Assembly: GCA_965248925.1 (NCBI GenBank)
Contig: CBDFLE010000006.1
Location: 3,488,001-3,552,000 of the forward strand
Direction: 5' to 3'
From: Candidatus Multivoradales bacterium
GTDB taxonomy: Bacteria; Acidobacteriota; Thermoanaerobaculia; Multivoradales; J023
Length of the DNA: 64,000 nt
Made by a program: the position numbers and the translations under genes. Positions within the stretch are counted from its first letter, which is position 1. The number at the start of each line of letters is the position of its first letter. The notes below the pieces were generated by a model. It searched no databases and was not told the origin of the DNA. It was given only the letters and a program-made list of their open reading frames with translations. This document shows, in pieces, positions 56,302 to 64,000 of this stretch.

Positions 56302-58713
56302 CTACTCCTGCCGCAGAGCGCGGATCGGGTCGATGCTGGCTGCCTTGGAAGCTGGCAGCAAGCTGGCGACCAGGCTCACCAGAGCGAGCAGCAGGGCGAT
56401 CATGCCAATCAGCCGCGGGTCGGTGGTGATCAGGCCGGAAAGTAGCTGAGTAATCGCTCGGGTAACCAGGAAGACGCCGGGTAGACCGACGACGATGCCG
56501 ATCAATGCCAGTTTGATGCCTTGGCTAGCAATCATCTGCACTACCTGCGCGCGGCGGGCACCAATCGCCATACGCAAACCGATCTCACGCCGTCGCTGGG
56601 CCACGTTGTACGCCAGCACGCCGTAGGTGCCGAGGGCCGCCAAGAGCAGCGCCAGGCTGCCAAAGGCGCTGAGAATATAAGTGAAGAGCCGGCTGCCGAC
56701 CTTGAACTGTTCGACGAAGGTATCGAGGCTCTGGAGGCGAGCAATCGCCAGCCTGGGGTCAAAACCCTGCACCGCACCGCGCACCTCGGGGCCGAGGGAT
56801 TCGGGCTCGACTTGGGTGCGCAGGATCATCACCATCGAGCGGCTGGGTTGTTGGCTAAAGGGCAAGTAGAGCGCCATCAGATCTTCGTCGGCGACCAGCA
56901 GGCCGTGCTGCACGGTCGGCACCACTCCCACCACTTCGCGCGAGATGCCCTGGATGGTCAGGCGCTGGCCGAGGGCGGGCTGCTCTGGCCAGAAACGGCG
57001 GGCCAGAGTTTGGTTGACCACCACCACAGGCGCGCTGTCGGCGCGGTCATTGACGCTGAAAACCCGACCCTGATGCAGGGGGATGCCGAGTACCTCGAAA
57101 TAGCCCGGCGGACTGGTCACTAGCGAAGCGCTCGGTGGTAGCTCGTCCTCGGCGATGGGTTGATCGTCGAGGGTGAAACTCACCGTTGGAGTAAAGGGGC
57201 TGCGCGGCACTCCGTTCGAAGCGGTGGCGTGCAGCACCCCAGGCAGGTGTGCGAGCTGCTCGGTCAGCTGTTGGGTGCTGTCGATCAATCTCTCGTCGCC
57301 CGGATAGTTCGACTCCCCCAATTCGACTTGGAAGATCAGCAGATTTGACGAATCAAACCCCGGATCGGTGTTTTGCAGCACCACGAAGCCTCTGATCAAC
57401 ACCGTCGCTCCCGACAGCAGCACCAGTGCCAGAGCAATCTCGCTGACCACCAGCAGGCTCGACAGACGCTTGCGCCGCCCACCGGCGGTAGCGCCTTGGC
57501 CGCCGTCCTTGAGGGCGCTAGTGAGATCGAGGCGGAAGCTCTGGGTGATCGGTGCCAGACCGAACAGAACGGCCCCCAACAGGGTGACACCGACGGTGAA
57601 GAGGATCGTCCGCAAATCGATCGTCGGCATCATGTAGGTTGGCACTTGCGCCTCCAGCATGGCCCCCAGTTGTCGCGAGCCGAAGCTGCCCAAGATGAGC
57701 CCGATAACCCCCGCCGCGGTCGCCATCAGCAGACTCTCGACGGCCAGCTGGCGCAAGATCTGACCGCGGCTGGCGCCCAGGCTGGAGCGCAGAGCGATCT
57801 CCTTCTGCCGCCGCTGACTGCGCGCCAGGAGCAAGTTGGCGACGTTGGCGCAGGCGATCAAGAGGACGAAAACCAGTGCCCCTTGCAGCATCCAGAACAG
57901 CGTCCGGGTGCGTCGATCGGGAATCTCGTGGCGCATGTTGAATGAGTTGATCTCCCAGCCGCGGTTGGCATCGGGAAACTCTGCTGCCATGGTCTTGCCC
58001 AGGGCGGCCAGCTCGGCCTTGGCGCTGGAGTCGGTGGCGCCCTCGGCGAGCCGTCCCAAGACCAAGGCATTGCGCAACTGACGGTCGACCTTCCCGCGGT
58101 CGATCGGCAAAGGTAGCCACAGGCGAATCGTCGGGTCGAGGAGTTCGAAATCTTCGCCCAGCACTCCCACCACCAGATGATTCTCACCGTTGATCTGGAT
58201 CTCGCGCTCAAGAATGTCGGTGGCGCCGGCAAAGCGGTTCTGCCACATGGCGAGGCTCAGCACCGCCACCCGGTGGCCACCGGGGAGGCCCTCCTCGGGC
58301 AGAAAGACTCGGCCCAGCTTCGCTTTAGTGCCGAGCATGGCGAACAGCTCGGTCGATACCTTGCCAGTGTTGAGTGGTACCGGCTGATCGCCGTCGGTCA
58401 GGCTCACCGGGCCGGGCAGGAAGGCGGCCAGATCCTCGAAGCTGTGCAGCCTCTCTTCCCAATCGAGCATGTTGGCCAGCGACGCTGGGGCAACTGAACT
58501 GATCTTAGTGCCCTCTTGTTGCTCGCCGAGCAGATACAGCCGGTCGGGTTCATCGAAGGGCAGCGGGCCGTAGAGCAGCCCATTGATCAAGCTGAAAACG
58601 CTGGTGTTGCCGCCGATGGCGAGGGCTAGTGAGAAGATTGCCAGCAGCGTTACGCTGAGGCTCTTGCGCAAGGTGCGCCAGGCAAACTTGATATCGTGCC
58701 AAAGACTATCCAT
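56302..58713 (-). CDS. ABC transporter permease (ADOP type, duplicated MacB/FtsX)
   Basis: MDSLWHDIKFAWRTLRK start; LIACANVANLLLAR..R.KEIALR; RRREIGLRMAIGA. Confidence 0.9.
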   Translation of the reverse strand: MDSLWHDIKFAWRTLRKSLSVTLLAIFSLALAIGGNTSVFSLINGLLYGPLPFDEPDRLYLLGEQQEGTKISSVAPASLANMLDWEERLHSFEDLAAFLPGPVSLTDGDQPVPLNTGKVSTELFAMLGTKAKLGRVFLPEEGLPGGHRVAVLSLAMWQNRFAGATDILEREIQINGENHLVVGVLGEDFELLDPTIRLWLPLPIDRGKVDRQLRNALVLGRLAEGATDSSAKAELAALGKTMAAEFPDANRGWEINSFNMRHEIPDRRTRTLFWMLQGALVFVLLIACANVANLLLARSQRRQKEIALRSSLGASRGQILRQLAVESLLMATAAGVIGLILGSFGSRQLGAMLEAQVPTYMMPTIDLRTILFTVGVTLLGAVLFGLAPITQSFRLDLTSALKDGGQGATAGGRRKRLSSLLVVSEIALALVLLSGATVLIRGFVVLQNTDPGFDSSNLLIFQVELGESNYPGDERLIDSTQQLTEQLAHLPGVLHATASNGVPRSPFTPTVSFTLDDQPIAEDELPPSASLVTSPPGYFEVLGIPLHQGRVFSVNDRADSAPVVVVNQTLARRFWPEQPALGQRLTIQGISREVVGVVPTVQHGLLVADEDLMALYLPFSQQPSRSMVMILRTQVEPESLGPEVRGAVQGFDPRLAIARLQSLDTFVEQFKVGSRLFTYILSAFGSLALLLAALGTYGVLAYNVAQRRREIGLRMAIGARRAQVVQMIASQGIKLALIGIVVGLPGVFLVTRAITQLLSGLITTDPRLIGMIALLLALVSLVASLLPASKAASIDPIRALRQE

Positions 58714-58873
58714 CTTGAAACTCCCGCGTTCGGCCTGTGGTCTCCTTGGAGGACCTACGACCAGCTCTGGAGAAAGTTTCGAGCGGCCAAAACCAACTTT
58801 CAACACCTTCGAGGCGATCCCGTAAGATGTCTGGACTGTCGAAAGCAGCTTCTTGAACTTGTTGGAGAACCTA

Positions 58874-59629
58874 ATGCGCCATGCTCGCTCGTCCCGCCTT
58901 GCTTCCCCCTCGGTCCTCGCCTTTCTGGTCTTCTGGCCCGCCCTGGTCGCTGCCCAGCCCACCGCCGAAGAACTGCTAGATCGGTCAATCGCCTACCACG
59001 ACCCCGCAGGGCGGTTGCTAGGTGGCGCCCATCGGCTGCGCTTTCTCGAAACTCGTCCGGAGGGGACCGATCGGCACAGCGAAGTGCTGATCGACATCCC
59101 CACCGAGCGTTTCGAGATGGTGCGCAAGGGTGAGCACAGGATCGCTGGCGTGATGGCTCCGGGGCGCTGCGAGATGACCCTGGACGGCCGCTCCGAGTTG
59201 AGCGACAAAGAACGCGAGAAGCACCGCCTGAGCTGCGATCGCTTGCGGCTGATGCGTAATTACTACCTTTATCTGTGGGCGTTGCCGATGAAGCTTCACG
59301 ATCCCGGCACCCAGCTCGGCGCGGTGACCGCAACAAATTTTGTAGAGCAGCAAGTCTGGGGTTTGCGGGTGACTTACGAAGAGGCGGTTGGCAAGGATAT
59401 TTGGTACTTCTACTTCGATCGCCAGAGTGCCGCCTTGGTCGGCTACCGCTTTTACCACGACGAGTCGAAGAACGATGGTGAGTACATCGTGCTCGAAGGG
59501 GAAGTCGAAGCCGCCGGGCTGCGCTTGCCCAAGAGCCGCAGTTGGTACACCCACCATGATGATCGCCTGTTGGGCACCGATACCTTGCTGGAAATCGTCG
59601 CGGGGGGCGGGGAGGGATCGCCCGACTAA
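58874..59629 (+). CDS. Secreted hypothetical protein
   Basis: Signal peptide; SIAYHDP, NYY.YLW.LPMKL.DPG and VG.D.WYFYF motifs. Confidence 0.7.
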   Translation: MRHARSSRLASPSVLAFLVFWPALVAAQPTAEELLDRSIAYHDPAGRLLGGAHRLRFLETRPEGTDRHSEVLIDIPTERFEMVRKGEHRIAGVMAPGRCEMTLDGRSELSDKEREKHRLSCDRLRLMRNYYLYLWALPMKLHDPGTQLGAVTATNFVEQQVWGLRVTYEEAVGKDIWYFYFDRQSAALVGYRFYHDESKNDGEYIVLEGEVEAAGLRLPKSRSWYTHHDDRLLGTDTLLEIVAGGGEGSPD

Positions 59630-59672
59630 GAAAAGGAAAGTCAGGCGATGGTGGCCGACTCGCCCAAGGTCT

Positions 59673-59750
59673 GTAGGGGCGCACGGCGTGCGCCCTCTTC
59701 CTGCCATCAAGCGAGGTCGATCCAGAAAGGCGAATGCCATGCGCCTCTAC
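59673..59750. repeat. REP-like inverted doublet
   Basis: GTAG-GGGCGCACGGCGTGCGCCC ... GGCGAATGCCATGCGCCT-CTAC: GTAG tetranucleotide plus palindrome, with an inverted degenerate partner. Confidence 0.55.
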
Positions 59751-59861
59751 GCAAACTCGGTGGGGCCAACGAGGAATAACTTGGCCACAGTGGCTGATTT
59801 GCCCCTCTGAAGTGTTGGCGAAACTGGCAACGAAAAGAAATCAAGTGGGGTCGGTCTAGCG

Positions 59862-60220
59862 TCAGGTCTGAACCATCCCGGAGATTCTGGCTCGACCTGG
59901 CTGCAAGACGACGAATCGTCCCTTCAACCGATCTCCGAGCTGGGCCAATGTCGTTGCAGTAGAATCAATCAGCCCAGATCTTGCACCAGCCGGGAAGCGA
60001 ATCAAGACAACACCATGCTGCCGGGTGCCTTCCGAGAAAACCAGCTGACCGAAGTCTTTGTCCTCAGTCAGCAAAATCCGATCTCCGCATGTGCCTGGGC
60101 CGCGACTTCCGCATCGGGTATTCCGGGTCGTAGCTCGGCGATGGCGGTCACGTCATGTCCAGCGGAGCGCATGGCGCGGACGGCGCGGAAATCTACCGAC
60201 TCGTCAGCCAAGAACTTCAA
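59862..60220 (-). pseudogene. DUF5615-like PIN toxin, frameshifted
   Basis: One frame gives (M)KFLADESVD...LRPGIPDAEV... and stops at 60068; another gives RILLTEDKDFGQLVF...; one base appears to be missing near 60084. Confidence 0.75.
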
Positions 60221-60222
60221 AA

Positions 60223-60462
60223 TCAGGATGCTAGCGATTCGGTGAGCAGTATTTCTTGGTGGGCCAAGACATCGGCGGCGTAGATCAGCGCTGCCAGGAG
60301 ATCGTCTCGGGTTAGCCGTGGGTAGGCGTCTAGCAGGTCATTTTCCGAGGCGCCCTCGCCGAGTTTGCGCAGCAGCAGATCGACTGGGATGCGAGTGCCG
60401 CGGATGATCGGCTTGCCGAGCATGATGTCAGGCCGGGTTTCGATGTGGTTGGTGATCGTCAT
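60223..60462 (-). CDS. DUF433-family antitoxin
   Basis: GKPIIRGTRIPV..LL..L..G....LL.AYP.LT..D..AAL.YA. Confidence 0.9.
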   Translation of the reverse strand: MTITNHIETRPDIMLGKPIIRGTRIPVDLLLRKLGEGASENDLLDAYPRLTRDDLLAALIYAADVLAHQEILLTESLAS

Positions 60463-60832
60463 CTTGAATCCTCTGGTGACGGAAATCTGCTGGGGCCGAG
60501 GCCCACCCCCTGTGCCTTTGACTACACCGAAGGGCCTCCAGCCGAGATTCGGCTGACAAGATCCTGATCCTGTGATCCCACGGTTGATGCGGCTGCGCCT
60601 CCTCGATCCGCCAAGATTCATGGTTCTCTGCCATGTGGATCTCGTTGGCCCTCCTGCTCGTTTCCAGGGAGAACTTTCTCTTGGCTCGCTGCCTCGTTTG
60701 GCACTTTCGCTCCACGGCACTAGGATTGTGGGTGCATTGCTAAGGGCTCGCGTCGGCCTGGGGTGCGCGTGGCGGCTCGGTGTCCGGCTGCGAAACCTAA
60801 TACTTCAGTGGTCTACCTAAGGAGAACTCAAC

Positions 60833-61156
60833 ATGAAGACCTGGACCCGGAAACGCACTCTGTTCGCCGTTGCTTTTCTCACCCTAACTCTACTCGCCAC
60901 CGTCGGCCTGGCGCTCAGCGCGCAGGCTGCGAAAGTCGGCTCGCGGGCTAGCAGTTGCCCCAATCCCGGCGTGTTCACTGGTCACGACGATACAGGCGAT
61001 TTCCAGCTCGCCCTCGAAGACGCCATCGCCGAGGCCGCGACCTGCGCTGGTTGTTGCGACTTGCTGATTACCTACGAGGTGACCAAGACGACGGGTCGGG
61101 CCGGTGGCTTTGCCGGCTTTGACGATATCTACGTCACCATCGTCGCCACCCACTAA
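60833..61156 (+). CDS. Small secreted Cys-containing hypothetical protein
   Basis: AAGGAG RBS; signal peptide (AQA-A); C...CAGCC. Confidence 0.65.
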   Translation: MKTWTRKRTLFAVAFLTLTLLATVGLALSAQAAKVGSRASSCPNPGVFTGHDDTGDFQLALEDAIAEAATCAGCCDLLITYEVTKTTGRAGGFAGFDDIYVTIVATH

Positions 61157-61223
61157 CCCGCCCTCCGGCTGCCTGTCGCGATGCCTTCACCGGCAGCTCG
61201 CGATCGGCAGCCGCCTTTGAACT

Positions 61224-61805
61224 CTAGCGGCCGAAAACCGGCGCCCAATCGATTTCGAGATCGGGGAAGATCGCCGGGCCGCGCAGGTCGCTGGCTAGCC
61301 CAGTGACCGGCGGCTGGAACCTGTCACCTCTTTCGTCGAGGCGATAGGCGGTGAGGGTCTTCTCGGTCGGGTGAACAACCCAATACTCGCGCACGCCATT
61401 TAGCTCGTAGAGGTCTCGCTTCTGCACCTGATCGCGCACCGAAGTGGCGGGGGAGAGGATCTCGATCACCCAGTCGGGAGCACCGCGACAACCAGCATCG
61501 TCGAGTTTGTCCAGGTCGCAGACCACCACCACATCGGGTTGGACTACTGTATTGATGGCCGGATCGGCCTCGTCGCTTTTCGGTAGGCGAATGTCGAAGG
61601 GTGCTATATAGGCCCGACAGTGGCCATCGAGGACGAAGGTGGCAATCTGGCGGTAGAGTTCGCCTGCCACTTCTTGGTGCCACCGACTAGGCGCTGGACT
61701 CATCAAGAAGGGCACACCATCGATCAGCTCCCAGCGCTCGTCACCCTGCCATAGAACGTAGTCGCCGTAGGTGTATCGGGGGTCGTCGAGACGATTTTCA
61801 AGCAT
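61224..61805 (-). CDS. Uma2-family (PD-(D/E)XK) endonuclease-like protein
   Basis: WELIDG...SPAP...HQ, VQPD, PDWVIEILSP, K..LY...GVREYW. Confidence 0.9.
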   Translation of the reverse strand: MLENRLDDPRYTYGDYVLWQGDERWELIDGVPFLMSPAPSRWHQEVAGELYRQIATFVLDGHCRAYIAPFDIRLPKSDEADPAINTVVQPDVVVVCDLDKLDDAGCRGAPDWVIEILSPATSVRDQVQKRDLYELNGVREYWVVHPTEKTLTAYRLDERGDRFQPPVTGLASDLRGPAIFPDLEIDWAPVFGR

Positions 61806-61830
61806 AGGTGTAAGCCTCCGCGCACCTATT

Positions 61831-62388
61831 CTAGCGCCTGCCGTCTGCCTCGCCCGGATTCTTCCTCGCCGCCCACTGCTGAGCGCTCATCCGGTAGAGC
61901 ACATGGGGTAGCTCTTTGTAGGTGAGCCTGCCCTCGTAGACCATGCCGAGTTTCTTCATCACCCCCTGCGAGGCGAAGTTGTCTTGCAGCGCATAGGCGA
62001 CGATGTCAGCGAAACCGAGCTGCTCGAATCCCCGCAGCAAAAGCTCCTGGCCGATTTCAGTGGCCAAGCCCTGACCCCAGAATTCCGGTAGCAGGGCGTA
62101 GCCGAGTTCGATCTCGGGTATTTCCTGGATCTTGACGTGGCGCAGGGCCGCGCGGCCGGCGAAGGCGCCGTCGCTGCGGCGGCGCAGAATCCATAAGCCG
62201 TGGCCGTGCTCCTGCCAGTGTGCCAGATTGCGCTCGACGTAGGCGCGGCTGATCTGGCGCGTGCGCACGCCGCCGAGGGTGGCCATGATTCGCCCATCGC
62301 TGTCCATGCGCCAGATCTCTGTGGCGTGGACGGCTTGCAAGCGCTCGGCTTGCAGGCGCTGGGTGGTGAAGTTGTCGAGCTGGAGCAT
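61831..62388 (-). CDS. GNAT (RimJ/RimL-type) acetyltransferase
   Basis: ELGYALLPEFWGQGLATE and N.ASQGVMKKLG motifs. Confidence 0.88.
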   Translation of the reverse strand: MLQLDNFTTQRLQAERLQAVHATEIWRMDSDGRIMATLGGVRTRQISRAYVERNLAHWQEHGHGLWILRRRSDGAFAGRAALRHVKIQEIPEIELGYALLPEFWGQGLATEIGQELLLRGFEQLGFADIVAYALQDNFASQGVMKKLGMVYEGRLTYKELPHVLYRMSAQQWAARKNPGEADGRR

Positions 62389-62446
62389 CAGTAGGGAGAA
62401 GGGGAGCCGGGACCGTGGGTCGGTCCCGGCGTCGGCCAGAGGTGGG

Positions 62447-64000
62447 CTACCAGAGCAGTCGCACGCCGAGTTGCAGTTGGCGCGGGTCGCCGAGGCCACT
62501 TTGCACGGTGCCGTCGAAGTTGAACACCAGGTTGGTGCTCACCGGGTTGCGCAGGTTGGCGCTGTTGGCCAGGTTGAAGGCCTCGACAATGCCTTCGATC
62601 TCGACCCCGCCGGCTTTGAACAGCTTCGAGATCCGCAGGTCGATGGATGAGAATTTGTTGTCCTTGCGGCCCAGGTTGCGCTGGGTGATGCTGCCGTCGG
62701 TGTTGATGCGGTCTTGAGGTGTATTGGCGATGGTGCCGTTCTCGGTTAGTGACAGGGGCTGGGGTGAGCGGTAGGTGAAACGGGTGTTGACGTTGATCCC
62801 CCACGGCGCCCGCCACATGACCCAGGCGTTGAATCGATCGCTCTGGTCGCGGTCGGAGAAGCCGAACTCGGGCCCCAGGGTGTCGGCGCGGGCGTAGCGG
62901 AAGGAGAAGGGATCACGCTCATTGTCGTCGTCCGACTTGTCTTCCGAGTAGGTGTAGAAGCCCTGGATGGTGAGCTTCTCGGCCCGCTTGGTGAAGCCGA
63001 TGGTGTAGCCCCGGTACTCCGAGCGTGCGGTCGACTCGATGGTGGTCAGGGCGCCGATGCCGTTGAAACCACCCTCTCCCAGGCCGCTGGACCAGGGCGA
63101 GCCGAAGGCCGGATCGTTGCGGTTGATGAACCGGGTCAGGTGGTCGGTGTCGGCGTAGTTGTATTTCAACAGCAGCGACATATCGCTGCCGATCTGCCGC
63201 TCGTAGGTCAGACTGGCGGCGGTGGTGCGCGGGTTTTGGAAGTTCTCGTCGAAGACGAAGACATCGGGGCGGAAGGGATCGCCCACCGAAGCCGCCGGGA
63301 TCAGCTGGTCGTAGGCCGGCGTCGGACCGAGGATGTCGCGCAGCTCACTGTTGCGGAACAGGGTTTGGCCAATGCTGCCGTTGGTCGAGCGGCTCGAAGC
63401 CAACGCCAGGCCGGGGATGCGGGCGTAGTACAAGCCCAACGAGCCGCGCACCACCTGCCGGCCATCGCCCTGCGGATTCCAGGCGAAGGCCAGGCGCGGC
63501 TGCCACATGTCGGTGTCCGAGGGAATCTCGCCGTTAGACGGGAAACGTTGGCCGTTGACCGTCTGGCCGATGAAATCGGCGAAGAACACCTCGCTTGGCG
63601 GGGTCTGCGGATCGGGCTGGATCTGGGCTTCCCAGCGCAGGCCGTAGGTCAGGGTGAAGTTGTTAGTGGCCTGCCAGGTGTCCTGGAAGAACACCGCCGG
63701 CTCTTTCTGGGTGATGGTCTGGGTGCCAGCCTCTTCGACCGACAGGCCGCCGACTCCGGCTTGCTGCAAGTAGAGCAGCACAGGGCCGGTGATCGAGGAG
63801 CCGTTCAGGCAGACGCCGACCTGCGACGAGCTGCCATCGGAACACTCGACGTAGTTGGGATTGGCGATGTAGTTCAAGAAACCATCGGTGGAGCTGAAGA
63901 TGAAGCGACCGTTGGCGAAGCCGATAAAGGTCTGATTAGCCTGAGTCTCGTTGTACTCGACGCCGACTTTGAAGGAATGCTGACCCTTCAGCCACGACAG
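62447..64000 (-). CDS. TonB-dependent receptor (Oar-like), C-terminal part; gene starts beyond the window
   Basis: FFQDTW...TLTYGLRWE, QPRLAFAW, VEAFNL.N and C-terminal PRQLQLGVRLLW. Confidence 0.88.
   Translation of the reverse strand: MSWLKGQHSFKVGVEYNETQANQTFIGFANGRFIFSSTDGFLNYIANPNYVECSDGSSSQVGVCLNGSSITGPVLLYLQQAGVGGLSVEEAGTQTITQKEPAVFFQDTWQATNNFTLTYGLRWEAQIQPDPQTPPSEVFFADFIGQTVNGQRFPSNGEIPSDTDMWQPRLAFAWNPQGDGRQVVRGSLGLYYARIPGLALASSRSTNGSIGQTLFRNSELRDILGPTPAYDQLIPAASVGDPFRPDVFVFDENFQNPRTTAASLTYERQIGSDMSLLLKYNYADTDHLTRFINRNDPAFGSPWSSGLGEGGFNGIGALTTIESTARSEYRGYTIGFTKRAEKLTIQGFYTYSEDKSDDDNERDPFSFRYARADTLGPEFGFSDRDQSDRFNAWVMWRAPWGINVNTRFTYRSPQPLSLTENGTIANTPQDRINTDGSITQRNLGRKDNKFSSIDLRISKLFKAGGVEIEGIVEAFNLANSANLRNPVSTNLVFNFDGTVQSGLGDPRQLQLGVRLLW

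Overview
GC-rich bacterial window, probably Acidobacteriota (inferred from an ADOP-type ABC permease, an Oar-like TonB-dependent receptor and a signal-peptide-bearing Rhs protein). The main feature lies at about 3.7-32.0 kb. A large rhs gene is followed by three tandem, non-identical ~7.6 kb units (7542, 7757 and 7613 bp). Each unit reads: Rhs tip (core end plus toxin), immunity gene, XRE repressor, two SymE-like genes, fused CHC2/Toprim primase-NTPase, tyrosine recombinase, structured non-coding region, signal-peptide-like leader ORF. All four unit boundaries fall at the same hexamer (CACCCG) inside the rhs core motif DHLGTPRQIT-RGGQQ. At three of them the hexamer is flanked by 11-bp inverted arms, giving a 28-bp dif-like site. 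The best reading, which is an inference, is an integrative, self-replicating element that swaps the host Rhs toxin tip by site-specific integration and re-fuses the displaced tip in frame to its own leader. The units also carry an iteron-like array and, in two of three units, a cer-like XerCD site. The rest of the window holds two RND transporters, rhomboid, JAB-MoeZ, an ECF sigma/anti-sigma pair, DNA polymerase II, a Wadjet type II (jetABCD) operon lying between a spondin gene and a two-component system, a DUF433/PIN pair with a frameshifted toxin, Uma2, GNAT and a partial TonB-dependent receptor. Family names come from motif recognition only; no database search was run.
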